DNA of 62,768 bases, the filler included. It is 6 parts of 6 records of this genome, joined end to end, with 100 filler letters (N's around TTAATTAATTAA, not from the genome) between each part and the next. Parts side by side here need not be neighbours in the genome. Positions count along the whole stretch, not along the records: positions 1 to 25,838 come from SRR20825010_4195; 5 more parts are not named here. The stretch is one strand, 5' to 3'. Made by a program: the position numbers and the translations under genes. Positions 1 through 9,518 of the stretch are shown in pieces. How positions within the stretch are numbered: the stretch's first letter is position 1; each line of letters opens with the position of its first letter. The notes under the pieces were generated by a model. The model was not told where the DNA came from. It worked only from the letters and a program-made list of their open reading frames with translations, and ran no database searches.

Positions 1-30
1 AGGTGCTCTAACCAACTGAGCTATAGGACC
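1..30 (-). tRNA. 5' half of a tRNA, truncated by the window edge; probably a CAU-anticodon tRNA (Met/Ile2), anticodon not visible
   Basis: Reverse complement GGTCCTATAGCTCAGTTGGTTAGAGCACCT gives an acceptor 5' strand and canonical D-arm (AGCTCAG..GGTTAGAGC). Isotype is inferred from recalled Bacteroidota tRNAs. Confidence 0.8.
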
Positions 31-89
31 CGCAATTTGCGGATGCAATATTAGTGTTTATTTTTCTTTAGCGCAAGGTTTTAACGCCC

Positions 90-497
90 CTAGCTTTCTT
101 TTATTTCTTGGCAAAGCTCCACCAGCACGCCATTCGTGCCCTTTGGATGCAAAAATGCCACCAGTTTGTTGTCCGCTCCTATTTTGGGCGTTTCGTTCAA
201 AACCAAAAAGCCTTCGCCCTTCAGTCTTTGGATTTCCGAAACAATGTCCGCCACCGCAAATGCAACATGATGGATGCCCTCCCCCTTTTTTTCCAAATAT
301 TTGGCGATGGGGCTATCGGGCTTGGTCGCCTCCAGCAATTCAATCTTATTGGGGCCCGATTTAAAAAACGAGGTCCTTACCCCTTCCGAGGCCACTTCCT
401 CAATTTTATAATGCGACACGCCCAAGAGCTTTTCAAACAAAGCATTGGATACCTCCAAGTCTTTAACCGCAATTCCAATGTGTTCAATTTTATCCAT
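90..497 (-). CDS. mce: Methylmalonyl-CoA epimerase (VOC/glyoxalase fold)
   Basis: IEHIGIAV, GEGIHHVAF and FLHPKGTNGVLVELCQ motifs. Start moved to the ATG at 497 (MDKIEH). Confidence 0.92.
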   Translation of the reverse strand: MDKIEHIGIAVKDLEVSNALFEKLLGVSHYKIEEVASEGVRTSFFKSGPNKIELLEATKPDSPIAKYLEKKGEGIHHVAFAVADIVSEIQRLKGEGFLVLNETPKIGADNKLVAFLHPKGTNGVLVELCQEIKES

Positions 498-587
498 ACA
501 AGATGTAATAAGCGTTAAAATCTTCACCTTTTTTCAAAATTACGGAGTGTAAATGGTTAATAGCGTGAGGATAGTCATTTATTCGCT

Positions 588-595
588 TATTTTTG
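588..595 (+). promoter_or_regulatory. Bacteroidota sigma-A -7 element (TAnnTTTG) upstream of rbfA
   Basis: TATTTTTG ends 4 nt before the ATG at 600. Confidence 0.6.
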
Positions 596-599
596 CAGT

Positions 600-995
600 A
601 TGGAGGAAACACAAAGACAGAAAAAGATAGCAGGAATCATTCAAAAGGACCTGGCCGATATTTTACAACGGGCCGCTACCGATGGTGGCCTCAAGGGAAC
701 CTTGATCTCCGTGTCCAAGGTTTCCGTAACCGTTGACCTATCCTTGGCCAAAGTGTACGTGAGCATTTTTCCGAACAAGGGTGCCAAAGAACTGTTGGAG
801 GGCATCAAAGAAAGCCAAGTGGCCATCCGTTACGAATTGGCCCAACGTACCAAGCATCAACTAAGGCGTGTGCCCGAACTCAATTTTTATCTGGACGATT
901 CCCTTGAATACATCGAAGGGATTGAAAAATCATTAAAAAGAGAGGAAAACCCTATCGAGAACAGGGACTTGCTCGACAAACGTAAGAAATCCTAG
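600..995 (+). CDS. rbfA: 30S ribosome-binding factor A
   Basis: RQKKIAGIIQKDLADI, VSVTVDLSLAKVYVS and LRRVPELNFYLDDSLEY motifs. Confidence 0.95.
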   Translation: MEETQRQKKIAGIIQKDLADILQRAATDGGLKGTLISVSKVSVTVDLSLAKVYVSIFPNKGAKELLEGIKESQVAIRYELAQRTKHQLRRVPELNFYLDDSLEYIEGIEKSLKREENPIENRDLLDKRKKS

Positions 996-997
996 TT

Positions 998-2203
998 TTG
1001 AACTTTCCGCTGTATATCGCAAAACGCTACCTACGGTCCAAAAGCAGCCAAAATGCGGTAAATATCATCAATTTCATTACTTTTTTGGTGATTGTGATTG
1101 GTTCCGCGGCCCTTTTTATCGTGCTTTCCGCTTTTGCCGGTCTAAAGACGTTCAGCCTTTCCTTTTCCAATACCTTTGATCCCGATCTGAAAGCCTCCCC
1201 CACCACGGGCAAGCATTTTAGCATTTCTGTTGAGGACGAATCGGCCCTTGAAGAAATTGAGGGTCTGGCCAATTTTTCCAAAGAGCTGGAAGAGCGGGCC
1301 TACCTTACCTATAAAGAAAAAAGCACCATTGCCTACATAAAAGGTGTAGATGAAAACTATCGCGCCGTTACCGGAGTGGACAGCACCCTTATATTCGGAA
1401 ATTGGGGGTCGGATGTTAACAATGGTGTTATTGGGATTGGTATCTACAACCTATTGGGCGTTCCCATGAACAATAGGACCGCGATGGAAGTTTTGGTTCC
1501 CAAACCCGGCGAGGGTTCCCTTTCCCAACAAGGGTTCAATTCCAAGCCCTATGACGACCTTTCCTTGGTGGTGAGCGGGGTGTATGCCGTGGAGGAATCT
1601 TTGGATAAAAAATACGTGTTTGCCCATCTTCCTTTGGTGCAAGAGCTGTTGCAGAAAGATAACACCGAAGTCTCCGGTATCAATTTTAAATTGATGGATA
1701 ATGCCTCTCCGGATGAGGTCCGAAATTCCATAAATGCCGTTTTGGGCGAAAAAGCATCGGTTCTAACGCGCAGGGAGCAAAATACATCGCTCTACCGGAT
1801 GCTGAACACCGAAAATTTAGCGACCTATTTGATTTTTACCTTAGTGCTCATCATTGCCCTTTTTAATGTTGTGGGAGCCATTATTATGATGATTTTGGAT
1901 AAACAACAAAATTCCAAAACCTTGTTCAGTTTGGGCACGACCATTAAGGAACTGCGCCGCATCTATTTTATACAAGGGTTGTTGGTCACTTCTTTTGGCG
2001 GGTTGATAGGCGTTGCCCTAGGAAGTTTATTGATCGGGTCGCAATTAGCCTTCGGATGGTTGAAGATTACGCCTTCGTTGGCCTATCCCGTCGAGTTCAA
2101 TGTCATCAACTTGTTGATTGTAATCGGAACCATTGTGGTTTTGGGGGTTATCTCTTCCAAAATTGCGAGCAGCCGTATCACCGAAAAATTGATTTCAGCT
2201 TAA
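998..2203 (+). CDS. ABC transporter permease, LolC/E (MacB/FtsX) family
   Basis: N-terminal IAKRYLRSK plus a TM helix, a large periplasmic domain and three C-terminal TMs (LIIALFNVVGAIIMMILDK). TTG start. Confidence 0.85.
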   Translation: MNFPLYIAKRYLRSKSSQNAVNIINFITFLVIVIGSAALFIVLSAFAGLKTFSLSFSNTFDPDLKASPTTGKHFSISVEDESALEEIEGLANFSKELEERAYLTYKEKSTIAYIKGVDENYRAVTGVDSTLIFGNWGSDVNNGVIGIGIYNLLGVPMNNRTAMEVLVPKPGEGSLSQQGFNSKPYDDLSLVVSGVYAVEESLDKKYVFAHLPLVQELLQKDNTEVSGINFKLMDNASPDEVRNSINAVLGEKASVLTRREQNTSLYRMLNTENLATYLIFTLVLIIALFNVVGAIIMMILDKQQNSKTLFSLGTTIKELRRIYFIQGLLVTSFGGLIGVALGSLLIGSQLAFGWLKITPSLAYPVEFNVINLLIVIGTIVVLGVISSKIASSRITEKLISA

Positions 2204-3192
2204 GCGAACTGAAAATCCCCGAATTTTTCCTCAACCTCATCAAACGCGGCAAAAACATCCGCAGCATCGTCGCTGGTCACCATTTTCATTCGGTACTCCT
2301 TAAAGTGAGGAATGCCCTTAAAATAGTTGGTATAGTGTCTTCTGGTTTCAAAAACGCCCAGTTTCTCGCCCTTCCAATCAATGGCCATTTGTAGGTGCCT
2401 GCGGGCCGCATCCACGCGTTCTTGCATAGTAGGAGGTGCCAAGTGCCCGCCTGTTTTAAAGTAGTGCTTCACTTCCTTAAAAAACCAAGGGTAACCAATG
2501 CTTGCCCTACCAATCATGGCTCCGTCCAGCCCGTATTCGTCGCGCATTTTAACCGCTGCTTCGGGGGTGTCCACATCACCGTTGCCGAATACAGGAATGT
2601 GCATGCGTTGGTTGTTCTTCACCTCGGCAATGGGCTTCCAATCGGCCTCGCCCTTGTACATCTGCACACGGGTACGACCATGGATGGAGATGGCCTCGAT
2701 ACCAACATCTTGAAGACGCTCGGCTACCTCAACAATTTTGATGGAGTTGTTGTCCCAGCCCAAACGGGTCTTTACGGTCACTGGTAATTTGGTGCGCTTC
2801 ACGATTTCTTCGGTCAGCTTCACCATCAAAGGAATGTCGCGTAAAATACCTGCACCTGCATTTTTGCAGACCACCTTTTTTACGGGACAGCCAAAATTGA
2901 TGTCGATAATGTCCGGGTTGGATTTTTCAACAATATCCACCGCCTGAAGCATGGAGTCCAGTTCGGCACCAAAAATCTGGATGCCCACAGGGCGTTCTTT
3001 TTCATAAATGTCCAGTTTGATGACACTTTTGGCGGCATCCCTGATCAACCCTTCGGAAGAAATAAATTCGGTATACACCACATCGGCGCCCTGCTCCTTG
3101 CACAGTTTACGAAAAGGAGGGTCGCTTACATCTTCCATCGGAGCTAGAAGAAGCGGGAAATCAGGGAGTTCTATGTTTCCAATTTTTGGCAA
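2200..3192 (-). CDS. dusB: tRNA-dihydrouridine synthase B
   Basis: LAPMEDVSD, IDINFGCPVKKV, HGRTR and GNGDV motifs. Confidence 0.93.
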   Translation of the reverse strand: MPKIGNIELPDFPLLLAPMEDVSDPPFRKLCKEQGADVVYTEFISSEGLIRDAAKSVIKLDIYEKERPVGIQIFGAELDSMLQAVDIVEKSNPDIIDINFGCPVKKVVCKNAGAGILRDIPLMVKLTEEIVKRTKLPVTVKTRLGWDNNSIKIVEVAERLQDVGIEAISIHGRTRVQMYKGEADWKPIAEVKNNQRMHIPVFGNGDVDTPEAAVKMRDEYGLDGAMIGRASIGYPWFFKEVKHYFKTGGHLAPPTMQERVDAARRHLQMAIDWKGEKLGVFETRRHYTNYFKGIPHFKEYRMKMVTSDDAADVFAAFDEVEEKFGDFQFA

Positions 3193-3213
3193 ATCCTACA
3201 GGTTTTTGGACTG

Positions 3214-3221
3214 CAAAAGTA
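3214..3221 (-). promoter_or_regulatory. Bacteroidota -7 promoter element for dusB
   Basis: Minus strand reads TACTTTTG(CA), about 20 nt upstream of the start codon. Confidence 0.55.
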
Positions 3222-3244
3222 CAAAATAGCATAGAACCAGAAAG

Positions 3245-5665
3245 CTAGTTCTGCGATTGAAGTCGATCGCGCTCGTTTTTATCGATTCCGCGTTGATTGT
3301 CGTCCAACCTGAAATTGCCGAAATTATAGGTAAAGCCAAAGCGGATAAACTGCGTTTCGGGGCGTCTTCGGTAAAAATTGTCCTGGTTGAGATACTGCGA
3401 ACGATACGTGGGCACGTATTGCTCCAAAATATCCTCGGCGGCAAGCGATAAGGTAATCTTATTATCAAACAGCGTTTTCCTCAAGCCAATAGTCAAATTG
3501 AACTGCTCGTCCGACACATACGAACCATATAGGAATTGTGAAACATAGGTCGCCGCCACTTCGCCCGTAAAGGTCCCGTCCTTGGAGAGCGTCAGATAAT
3601 TGCCAAAATAGGCGTAAACCCCATTTACTTCGTTGGTGAAAGGGACGTTTCCACTTTCCTCGGCCAAATAGGTCTCCTCTTCGTGGAACAGGGAAGTATA
3701 GGCATACAGGAACCAGGGGGGCAAAATGGATTTGCTCACCGTAAAGTCCAACCCATACGACTTACTCTCCAATACGTTCTGCTTAAGCTCCACCAAGGTT
3801 TGATTCTCATTATCCTGAAACACCAAATAGGCAATGTTCCTACCGTTGTCCCGATAGTACACATCAAAGAAGTATTCGCTGTTGAGCGTATAGTTGACGT
3901 TGAAATTGTTGCTGAAGCTTGGTCGCAATCCGGGATTTCCCTCTTCAAAATCATTTTCATTATAAAAAAAACGGAAGGGGTTCAGGTCATTGTACTTGGG
4001 CCTGTCAATATTTCGTCCATAATCAAAAGAAAAGCTATGCTTATCCGATGGTGAATAGAGCACATACACGGAAGGAAACGGTTCGAAAAAATCTTGGGTG
4101 TTGGTCTCTCCCAAGGTAATGGAGTTTCCTTCGGCCTTGGTGAGTTCTCCACGAATACCCAGTTTCATGGACCATTTCTCCCAGTTTTTTACAAAGCTCA
4201 AATAGGCAGCATAAACGTCTTCATCATAAATATATCGGTCCGATTGTGATGCATCGACAGTGTTGCTACTTCCATTAAAGTTGAAAAAGTTCATCGTGTT
4301 TTCTGAGGTAATCGATGACATCTTGGCCCCGGATTCGATGGATGCATTTCCCACAGGGGTAAAATAATCCAGTTGTCCCGTAAAAATTTTGATTTCTTGA
4401 TCCGAATCGGTGTCAAACCCAAAATCCCTCAAAAAAGTACCCTCTGCATCAAAATAATTGGAGTTCAGTTGCTGGAACATTTCACCTTTAAAATAGGTAT
4501 AGTGCCCATTGGCCCTGATCTGTGCTCCTTCTTTTTTCAGCTTGTGCACATAGGTTAGGTCGAATGCCAAGTTGGTATTGTCCATATTGGCATTGTTCTC
4601 CGTGGTAAATGTTGAATCCAATTGTGCCTGGCCGTTCCGCATTTCGTTGTTGAGCAAGGTCTCCTGTTCTTGGTCTAGATTGAAAAGCAGGTTGGAGGTG
4701 ACATTCAGGCTGTTCCGGTCATCAAAATCATAATCCAAAATAAAGCTGGCATTTTGCGACTGTGACCTATCTGTCTGGTTATAATCCGTGTCCCAAATCG
4801 AGAAAACTTCATCGGAACCATCAATAAAATTGATGCCCTTTTTGGTCTTGTTGATTTCCTTTTTTGGATTGATGGTATAGTTGGCAAACAAGTTCAGCTT
4901 GTCCGTTTTGTAATAATGGCTTGTTCCTATACTGTATTTTGGAAAAACGGCCTGCGTAAAGGTTCCGTTGACGCTCCCCTTATAACCGGGCACAATGTTC
5001 TTACTGGTAACGATATTCAAAATAGGGCCTCCTTCAGCATCATATCTTGCAGGAGGATTGGCAATCACCTCCACTGATTTTATGTTGGTGCCCGAAAGCC
5101 CTTGTAACAGATCTTGTACCTCTTGACCTGAGAGCTGTACTTTTCTATCGTTCAGGTACACCGTGGCATTCTGACCGCGGATCATTAAATTATCTTGATT
5201 GACGATGACCCCTGGCGTATTTTTAAGTATATCCCACGAAGTTCCTTGCGAAACGACCGTATTTTCAACCGTAAAGACCAGTCTGTCCGGTAATCTTTGA
5301 AGCTTTGGGCGTTGAGCAGTTACGACCACTTCGTCCAACTCGTTGCTTTCCATGGGTATGATCAAGGCCCCTAACGAAACGTCTTTTGTAATGTCCAGCG
5401 CCCTTGGCTCAGAGCCACTTCCCACATAGCTCGCCTGCAACAAATAGAGATTGGCCTCTACCCCGGTTAGTTTAAAAAACCCTTCCTCATCGGCAGAACT
5501 CCCTTGAACAAACGTCGAATCAGCAGCTTCGAGCAAAAGAATGTTCGCATAAGGAACCACTTGATTTTGTTCGTCGACAACCTTTCCGGTAATGGTAAAG
5601 GTTTGGCCGTACGCGCCACAAATTGTAAAGGACACCAATAAAACAATAGAGGTGAGGTTCTTCAT
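3245..5665 (-). CDS. TonB-dependent receptor-like outer-membrane beta-barrel protein
   Basis: Signal peptide, CarboxypepD_reg-like N-domain (ITGKVVDEQ..VPYANI), LDEVVVTA, plug motif EVIANPPARYDAEG, GNPGLRP and C-terminal FTYNFG. Confidence 0.85.
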   Translation of the reverse strand: MKNLTSIVLLVSFTICGAYGQTFTITGKVVDEQNQVVPYANILLLEAADSTFVQGSSADEEGFFKLTGVEANLYLLQASYVGSGSEPRALDITKDVSLGALIIPMESNELDEVVVTAQRPKLQRLPDRLVFTVENTVVSQGTSWDILKNTPGVIVNQDNLMIRGQNATVYLNDRKVQLSGQEVQDLLQGLSGTNIKSVEVIANPPARYDAEGGPILNIVTSKNIVPGYKGSVNGTFTQAVFPKYSIGTSHYYKTDKLNLFANYTINPKKEINKTKKGINFIDGSDEVFSIWDTDYNQTDRSQSQNASFILDYDFDDRNSLNVTSNLLFNLDQEQETLLNNEMRNGQAQLDSTFTTENNANMDNTNLAFDLTYVHKLKKEGAQIRANGHYTYFKGEMFQQLNSNYFDAEGTFLRDFGFDTDSDQEIKIFTGQLDYFTPVGNASIESGAKMSSITSENTMNFFNFNGSSNTVDASQSDRYIYDEDVYAAYLSFVKNWEKWSMKLGIRGELTKAEGNSITLGETNTQDFFEPFPSVYVLYSPSDKHSFSFDYGRNIDRPKYNDLNPFRFFYNENDFEEGNPGLRPSFSNNFNVNYTLNSEYFFDVYYRDNGRNIAYLVFQDNENQTLVELKQNVLESKSYGLDFTVSKSILPPWFLYAYTSLFHEEETYLAEESGNVPFTNEVNGVYAYFGNYLTLSKDGTFTGEVAATYVSQFLYGSYVSDEQFNLTIGLRKTLFDNKITLSLAAEDILEQYVPTYRSQYLNQDNFYRRRPETQFIRFGFTYNFGNFRLDDNQRGIDKNERDRLQSQN

Positions 5666-5767
5666 TAGGGGTTAGGGTTGAGCATCAAATCTAAGAAATT
5701 ATTTCTGAGCGAAATACCAAGGAATTTTCTTATTGAGAAAAAACCATTTACAGGTATTTAAAACAAT

Positions 5768-5775
5768 TATATTTG
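5768..5775 (+). promoter_or_regulatory. Bacteroidota -7 promoter element for lepA
   Basis: TATATTTG(CA), about 40 nt upstream of the ATG at 5817. Confidence 0.5.
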
Positions 5776-5816
5776 CAGTTGATTATATCCCTTTTTTAGG
5801 GTATGTTATTGTTGAT

Positions 5817-7613
5817 ATGGAGAAGATCAGGAATTTTTGCATCATTGCGCACATAGACCACGGTAAAAGTACCTTGGCAGACCGTTTGTTGGATTTTACA
5901 GGCTCGGTGACCGAACGCGAAAAACAAGACCAATTGTTGGATAATATGGACTTGGAGCGTGAAAGGGGAATTACCATCAAGAGCCACGCTATTCAAATGG
6001 ACTATATGCACAATGGGGAAAAATATGTGCTCAATTTGATCGACACTCCCGGTCATGTGGACTTCTCTTATGAAGTTTCCCGTTCCATTGCTGCCTGTGA
6101 AGGTGCCCTTTTAGTGGTTGATGCGGCACAAAGTATCCAGGCGCAGACCATATCCAACCTTTATTTGGCTTTGGAAAACGATTTGGAGATCATTCCCGTG
6201 CTCAACAAAGTCGATCTCCCCAGTGCCAACCCGGAAGAGGTTACCGACGATATCGTGGACCTCTTGGGCTGCAGGCCGGAAGAGGTAATTCCGGCCAGTG
6301 CCAAGACCGGGATAGGCATACAAGAGATTTTGACCGCGATCATCGATCGCATTCCTCCTCCAAAAGGTAACCGTGATGAGTCCTTGCAGGCATTGGTCTT
6401 TGATTCCGTATATAATCCTTTTAGGGGTGTTGAGACCTATTTTAGGGTGGTCAACGGTGAAATCACCAAAGGACAGAAAATAAAATTTGTAGCTACCGGT
6501 AGATCGTATGAGGCCGATGAAATCGGAACCTTGAAACTTACGCAGCATCCCAAACAGAAGATCTCAACCGGTGATGTGGGATACTTGATCACCGGTATCA
6601 AAGATGCCCGTGAGGTTAAGGTCGGTGATACCATTACCGATTCGGCCAACCCTACGAAAAACCCGATCGGTGGTTTCGAGGATGTGAAGCCCATGGTTTT
6701 CGCCGGAATCTACCCAGTTGACACCGAAGATTTTGAAGATCTGCGCTCCTCCATGGAGAAGCTTCAGCTTAACGATGCTTCCCTTGTGTTCACTCCTGAA
6801 AGCAGTGCCGCATTGGGCTTTGGTTTCCGCTGCGGGTTCTTGGGCATGTTGCACATGGAGATCATCCAAGAGCGTTTGGAGCGCGAGTTCGATATGACCG
6901 TAATCACTACGGTGCCCAACGTGAGCTACCACGCCTATACCACAAAGGACAAGGAAACAGCAGTTATCGTAAACAACCCGTCTGACCTTCCCGACCCATC
7001 GACCGTTGATCGTGTTGAAGAACCGTATATCAAGGCGACCATTATCACGAAGTCGGATTTTGTTGGGAACGTAATGTCCCTCTGTATCGAAAAGCGGGGA
7101 CAGATCGTTAACCAGACCTATTTGACCACGGAAAGGGTAGAGCTTATTTTTGACATGCCCTTGGCCGAGATCGTTTTTGATTTTTACGACCGCTTAAAGA
7201 CCGTTTCAAAAGGTTATGCTTCTTTTGATTATTCGCCCATAGGCATGCGAGTGTCCAAACTGGTTCGGGTAGATATCCTTTTGAACGCCCAACCCGTGGA
7301 TGCTTTATCCGCATTGGTCCATTTTGACAATGCACATACCATCGGTAAAAAGATGTGCGAGAAATTAAAGGAGCTCATCCCCAGGCAACAGTTCGATATC
7401 CCCATTCAAGCAGCCATTGGTTCCAAGATCATTTCCAGAGAAACTATCAAGGCGTTGCGAAAAGATGTTACCGCCAAATGTTATGGAGGTGATATTTCCC
7501 GTAAGCGTAAATTGTTGGAGAAGCAGAAAAAGGGTAAAAAACGTATGCGCCAAGTGGGCAACGTAGAAATTCCTCAACAAGCTTTTATGGCCGTTCTAAA
7601 ACTGAACGATTAA
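5817..7613 (+). CDS. lepA: Elongation factor 4 (LepA)
   Basis: [32 protein letters not shown] and C-terminal [21 protein letters not shown]. Start at MEKIRNF. Confidence 0.98.
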   Translation: MEKIRNFCIIAHIDHGKSTLADRLLDFTGSVTEREKQDQLLDNMDLERERGITIKSHAIQMDYMHNGEKYVLNLIDTPGHVDFSYEVSRSIAACEGALLVVDAAQSIQAQTISNLYLALENDLEIIPVLNKVDLPSANPEEVTDDIVDLLGCRPEEVIPASAKTGIGIQEILTAIIDRIPPPKGNRDESLQALVFDSVYNPFRGVETYFRVVNGEITKGQKIKFVATGRSYEADEIGTLKLTQHPKQKISTGDVGYLITGIKDAREVKVGDTITDSANPTKNPIGGFEDVKPMVFAGIYPVDTEDFEDLRSSMEKLQLNDASLVFTPESSAALGFGFRCGFLGMLHMEIIQERLEREFDMTVITTVPNVSYHAYTTKDKETAVIVNNPSDLPDPSTVDRVEEPYIKATIITKSDFVGNVMSLCIEKRGQIVNQTYLTTERVELIFDMPLAEIVFDFYDRLKTVSKGYASFDYSPIGMRVSKLVRVDILLNAQPVDALSALVHFDNAHTIGKKMCEKLKELIPRQQFDIPIQAAIGSKIISRETIKALRKDVTAKCYGGDISRKRKLLEKQKKGKKRMRQVGNVEIPQQAFMAVLKLND

Positions 7614-7618
7614 CTGGT

Positions 7619-9397
7619 TTAGCTTCCCGGATTAAAAGGAAAAAAGTACGGTATCACAAAAGTGGCCGCTATCCATATAATGATATTGAGCGGGGTCCCG
7701 ACCTTTAAAAAATCATTGAATTTATAATTTCCAGGAGCATAGACCATGGTGTTCGTCGGATAGCTTACCGGGGTCATAAAGGTCAGGGAGCAGGCAAACA
7801 TCACCGCCACCAAAAACGGCCTTTCACTTATCCCCATCGCGGAGGCCAAACTGATGACTATCGGTGTCATCAAAGCTGCCGTGGCCTTGCTTGAAAGCAC
7901 ATTGGTGCTCAAAAAAGTAACCAGATACAATATACTTAGGGTCACTTGGGCATGATAATTTCCCAAGGTCTGCTCTATAAAAAGGGCGATTTTTTCGGCC
8001 CCACCAGTCTTTTCAAGGGCCGTTCCCATGGAAAGTACGCCTGCCATCATAAAGATGACCTTCCATTCCACTGCCTCGTACGCTTCTTTCGGTTTTAACG
8101 TGGAGGTGGCCACCAATAACAGGGCCCCCACCATACTGCTGATCAAAATGGAGGTGAGATTGAGCGAGGCCGCCAGTACCACACCTACAGCTATAACAAT
8201 AGCGGGAACCGCTTTTCTATAATTGACCTTTTGGTGCTTATACTCGGACAGGGCCACCACCAAGCCCTGCTCGACCAGCACATCAACATCGGCTTCAGTG
8301 CCCAAAATCAACAGCATATCGCCCTCTGTCAACTTTACGTCGGCCAGTTTTTCGTACAAAATCTCCCCTCGCTGCCGTATGGCCAAAACCGATCCATTGT
8401 ATTGCCTCCTAAAATTAAGGGAGCGCAGGGAGCCCTCCGTAAGCCTTGAGCCAAAAGGAACGATAACCTCATAAACATTTTTCTCCAGTTCTGATTCGTT
8501 AAACTGTTTGTCACCGGTCACCCTGTAGCCTTTTAAGTCCCGGATGGCGTTCAATGTCTTCGGCGGAACGAGGACTTTCATTACGTCCCCTTCCAAAATA
8601 AACGTTTCGGGGCCAATGCTTTTCCTGTTAAACCTATCCCTGGAAATGCTTAAGATCTGCACATTATGGTCGTTGACCAGTTTGGACAGGTGCAAAGGCT
8701 TGTCGCTATCGGGGCAATCCTTTTCCACCAACAGTTCGGTAATATACTTTTCTGCTTCTTTCGTAAGTACGTTCAACTCTTTTTTCGCCTTTGGCAAGAG
8801 CAGCGGTGCCACAAAAAATATATAGGCAAAGCCAATTGTCGCCAAGCAAAGGGCGGCCAGGCTAAACTCGAACATTCCAAAACCCTCCAATCCATATTCT
8901 TCGGCATAACTGCTCACCAAAATATTGGTGGAGGTGCCTATCAAGGTACAGGTGCCCCCAAAAAGTGCCGAAAAGGATATGGGAATCAACAACATGCCCG
9001 GAGATATCTTCGTCTCCCTACAAACCGTCAGTGCAATTGGCAAAAGTAGCGCCACCACCGCGGAATCGTTCACAAAGGCGGAAAACATGCCCGCAATAAG
9101 ACAAAAGGTGATCAGGGCAATGCTGTAATGTATTTTTGCCAGTTTTATGATCCTATCGCTAAGACCTCCCAAGATACCCGAATTGAACACCCCCGCACTT
9201 ACCACGAACATGCACCCCAGGGTTATGGTGGCCGGATGATTGAATCCCGAAAAACCTTCCTTTGGATTCAGGACGCCGGCAACAATAAAGAGGGCCATTA
9301 TAATAATGGATGTGGTATCTATGGAAAAATAATCCTTTATGAACAGGACGATTCCTATACAGATGATCACAATGGTAATAATCAAATCACTGCCCAT
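7619..9397 (-). CDS. SLC13/DASS-family permease with TrkA-C (RCK-C) domains
   Basis: GGTCTLIGTSTN and FMTPVSYPTNTMVY..GNYKFNDF motifs, with two soluble TrkA-C-like segments between the TM blocks. Confidence 0.88.
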   Translation of the reverse strand: MGSDLIITIVIICIGIVLFIKDYFSIDTTSIIIMALFIVAGVLNPKEGFSGFNHPATITLGCMFVVSAGVFNSGILGGLSDRIIKLAKIHYSIALITFCLIAGMFSAFVNDSAVVALLLPIALTVCRETKISPGMLLIPISFSALFGGTCTLIGTSTNILVSSYAEEYGLEGFGMFEFSLAALCLATIGFAYIFFVAPLLLPKAKKELNVLTKEAEKYITELLVEKDCPDSDKPLHLSKLVNDHNVQILSISRDRFNRKSIGPETFILEGDVMKVLVPPKTLNAIRDLKGYRVTGDKQFNESELEKNVYEVIVPFGSRLTEGSLRSLNFRRQYNGSVLAIRQRGEILYEKLADVKLTEGDMLLILGTEADVDVLVEQGLVVALSEYKHQKVNYRKAVPAIVIAVGVVLAASLNLTSILISSMVGALLLVATSTLKPKEAYEAVEWKVIFMMAGVLSMGTALEKTGGAEKIALFIEQTLGNYHAQVTLSILYLVTFLSTNVLSSKATAALMTPIVISLASAMGISERPFLVAVMFACSLTFMTPVSYPTNTMVYAPGNYKFNDFLKVGTPLNIIIWIAATFVIPYFFPFNPGS

Positions 9398-9518
9398 ATT
9401 GCGCGCAATTTAGAGTTCTATTCTTTGTTTGGCCACCTGTTTTTCTGTGCCGGCTCTACTATGGTACGTGAATAGAATCGTCTCTAAACCATTTTCGATT
9501 CTTCTTCAGAAAACAATT

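Noticed and set aside
5733-5816. N-terminal extensions in the ORF track for lepA (also mce, dcm, rpiB, kdsC, trpS)
   Set aside because: They arise from the most upstream alternative start codon. Family homology begins at downstream ATGs, and promoter-like motifs lie inside several of the extensions.
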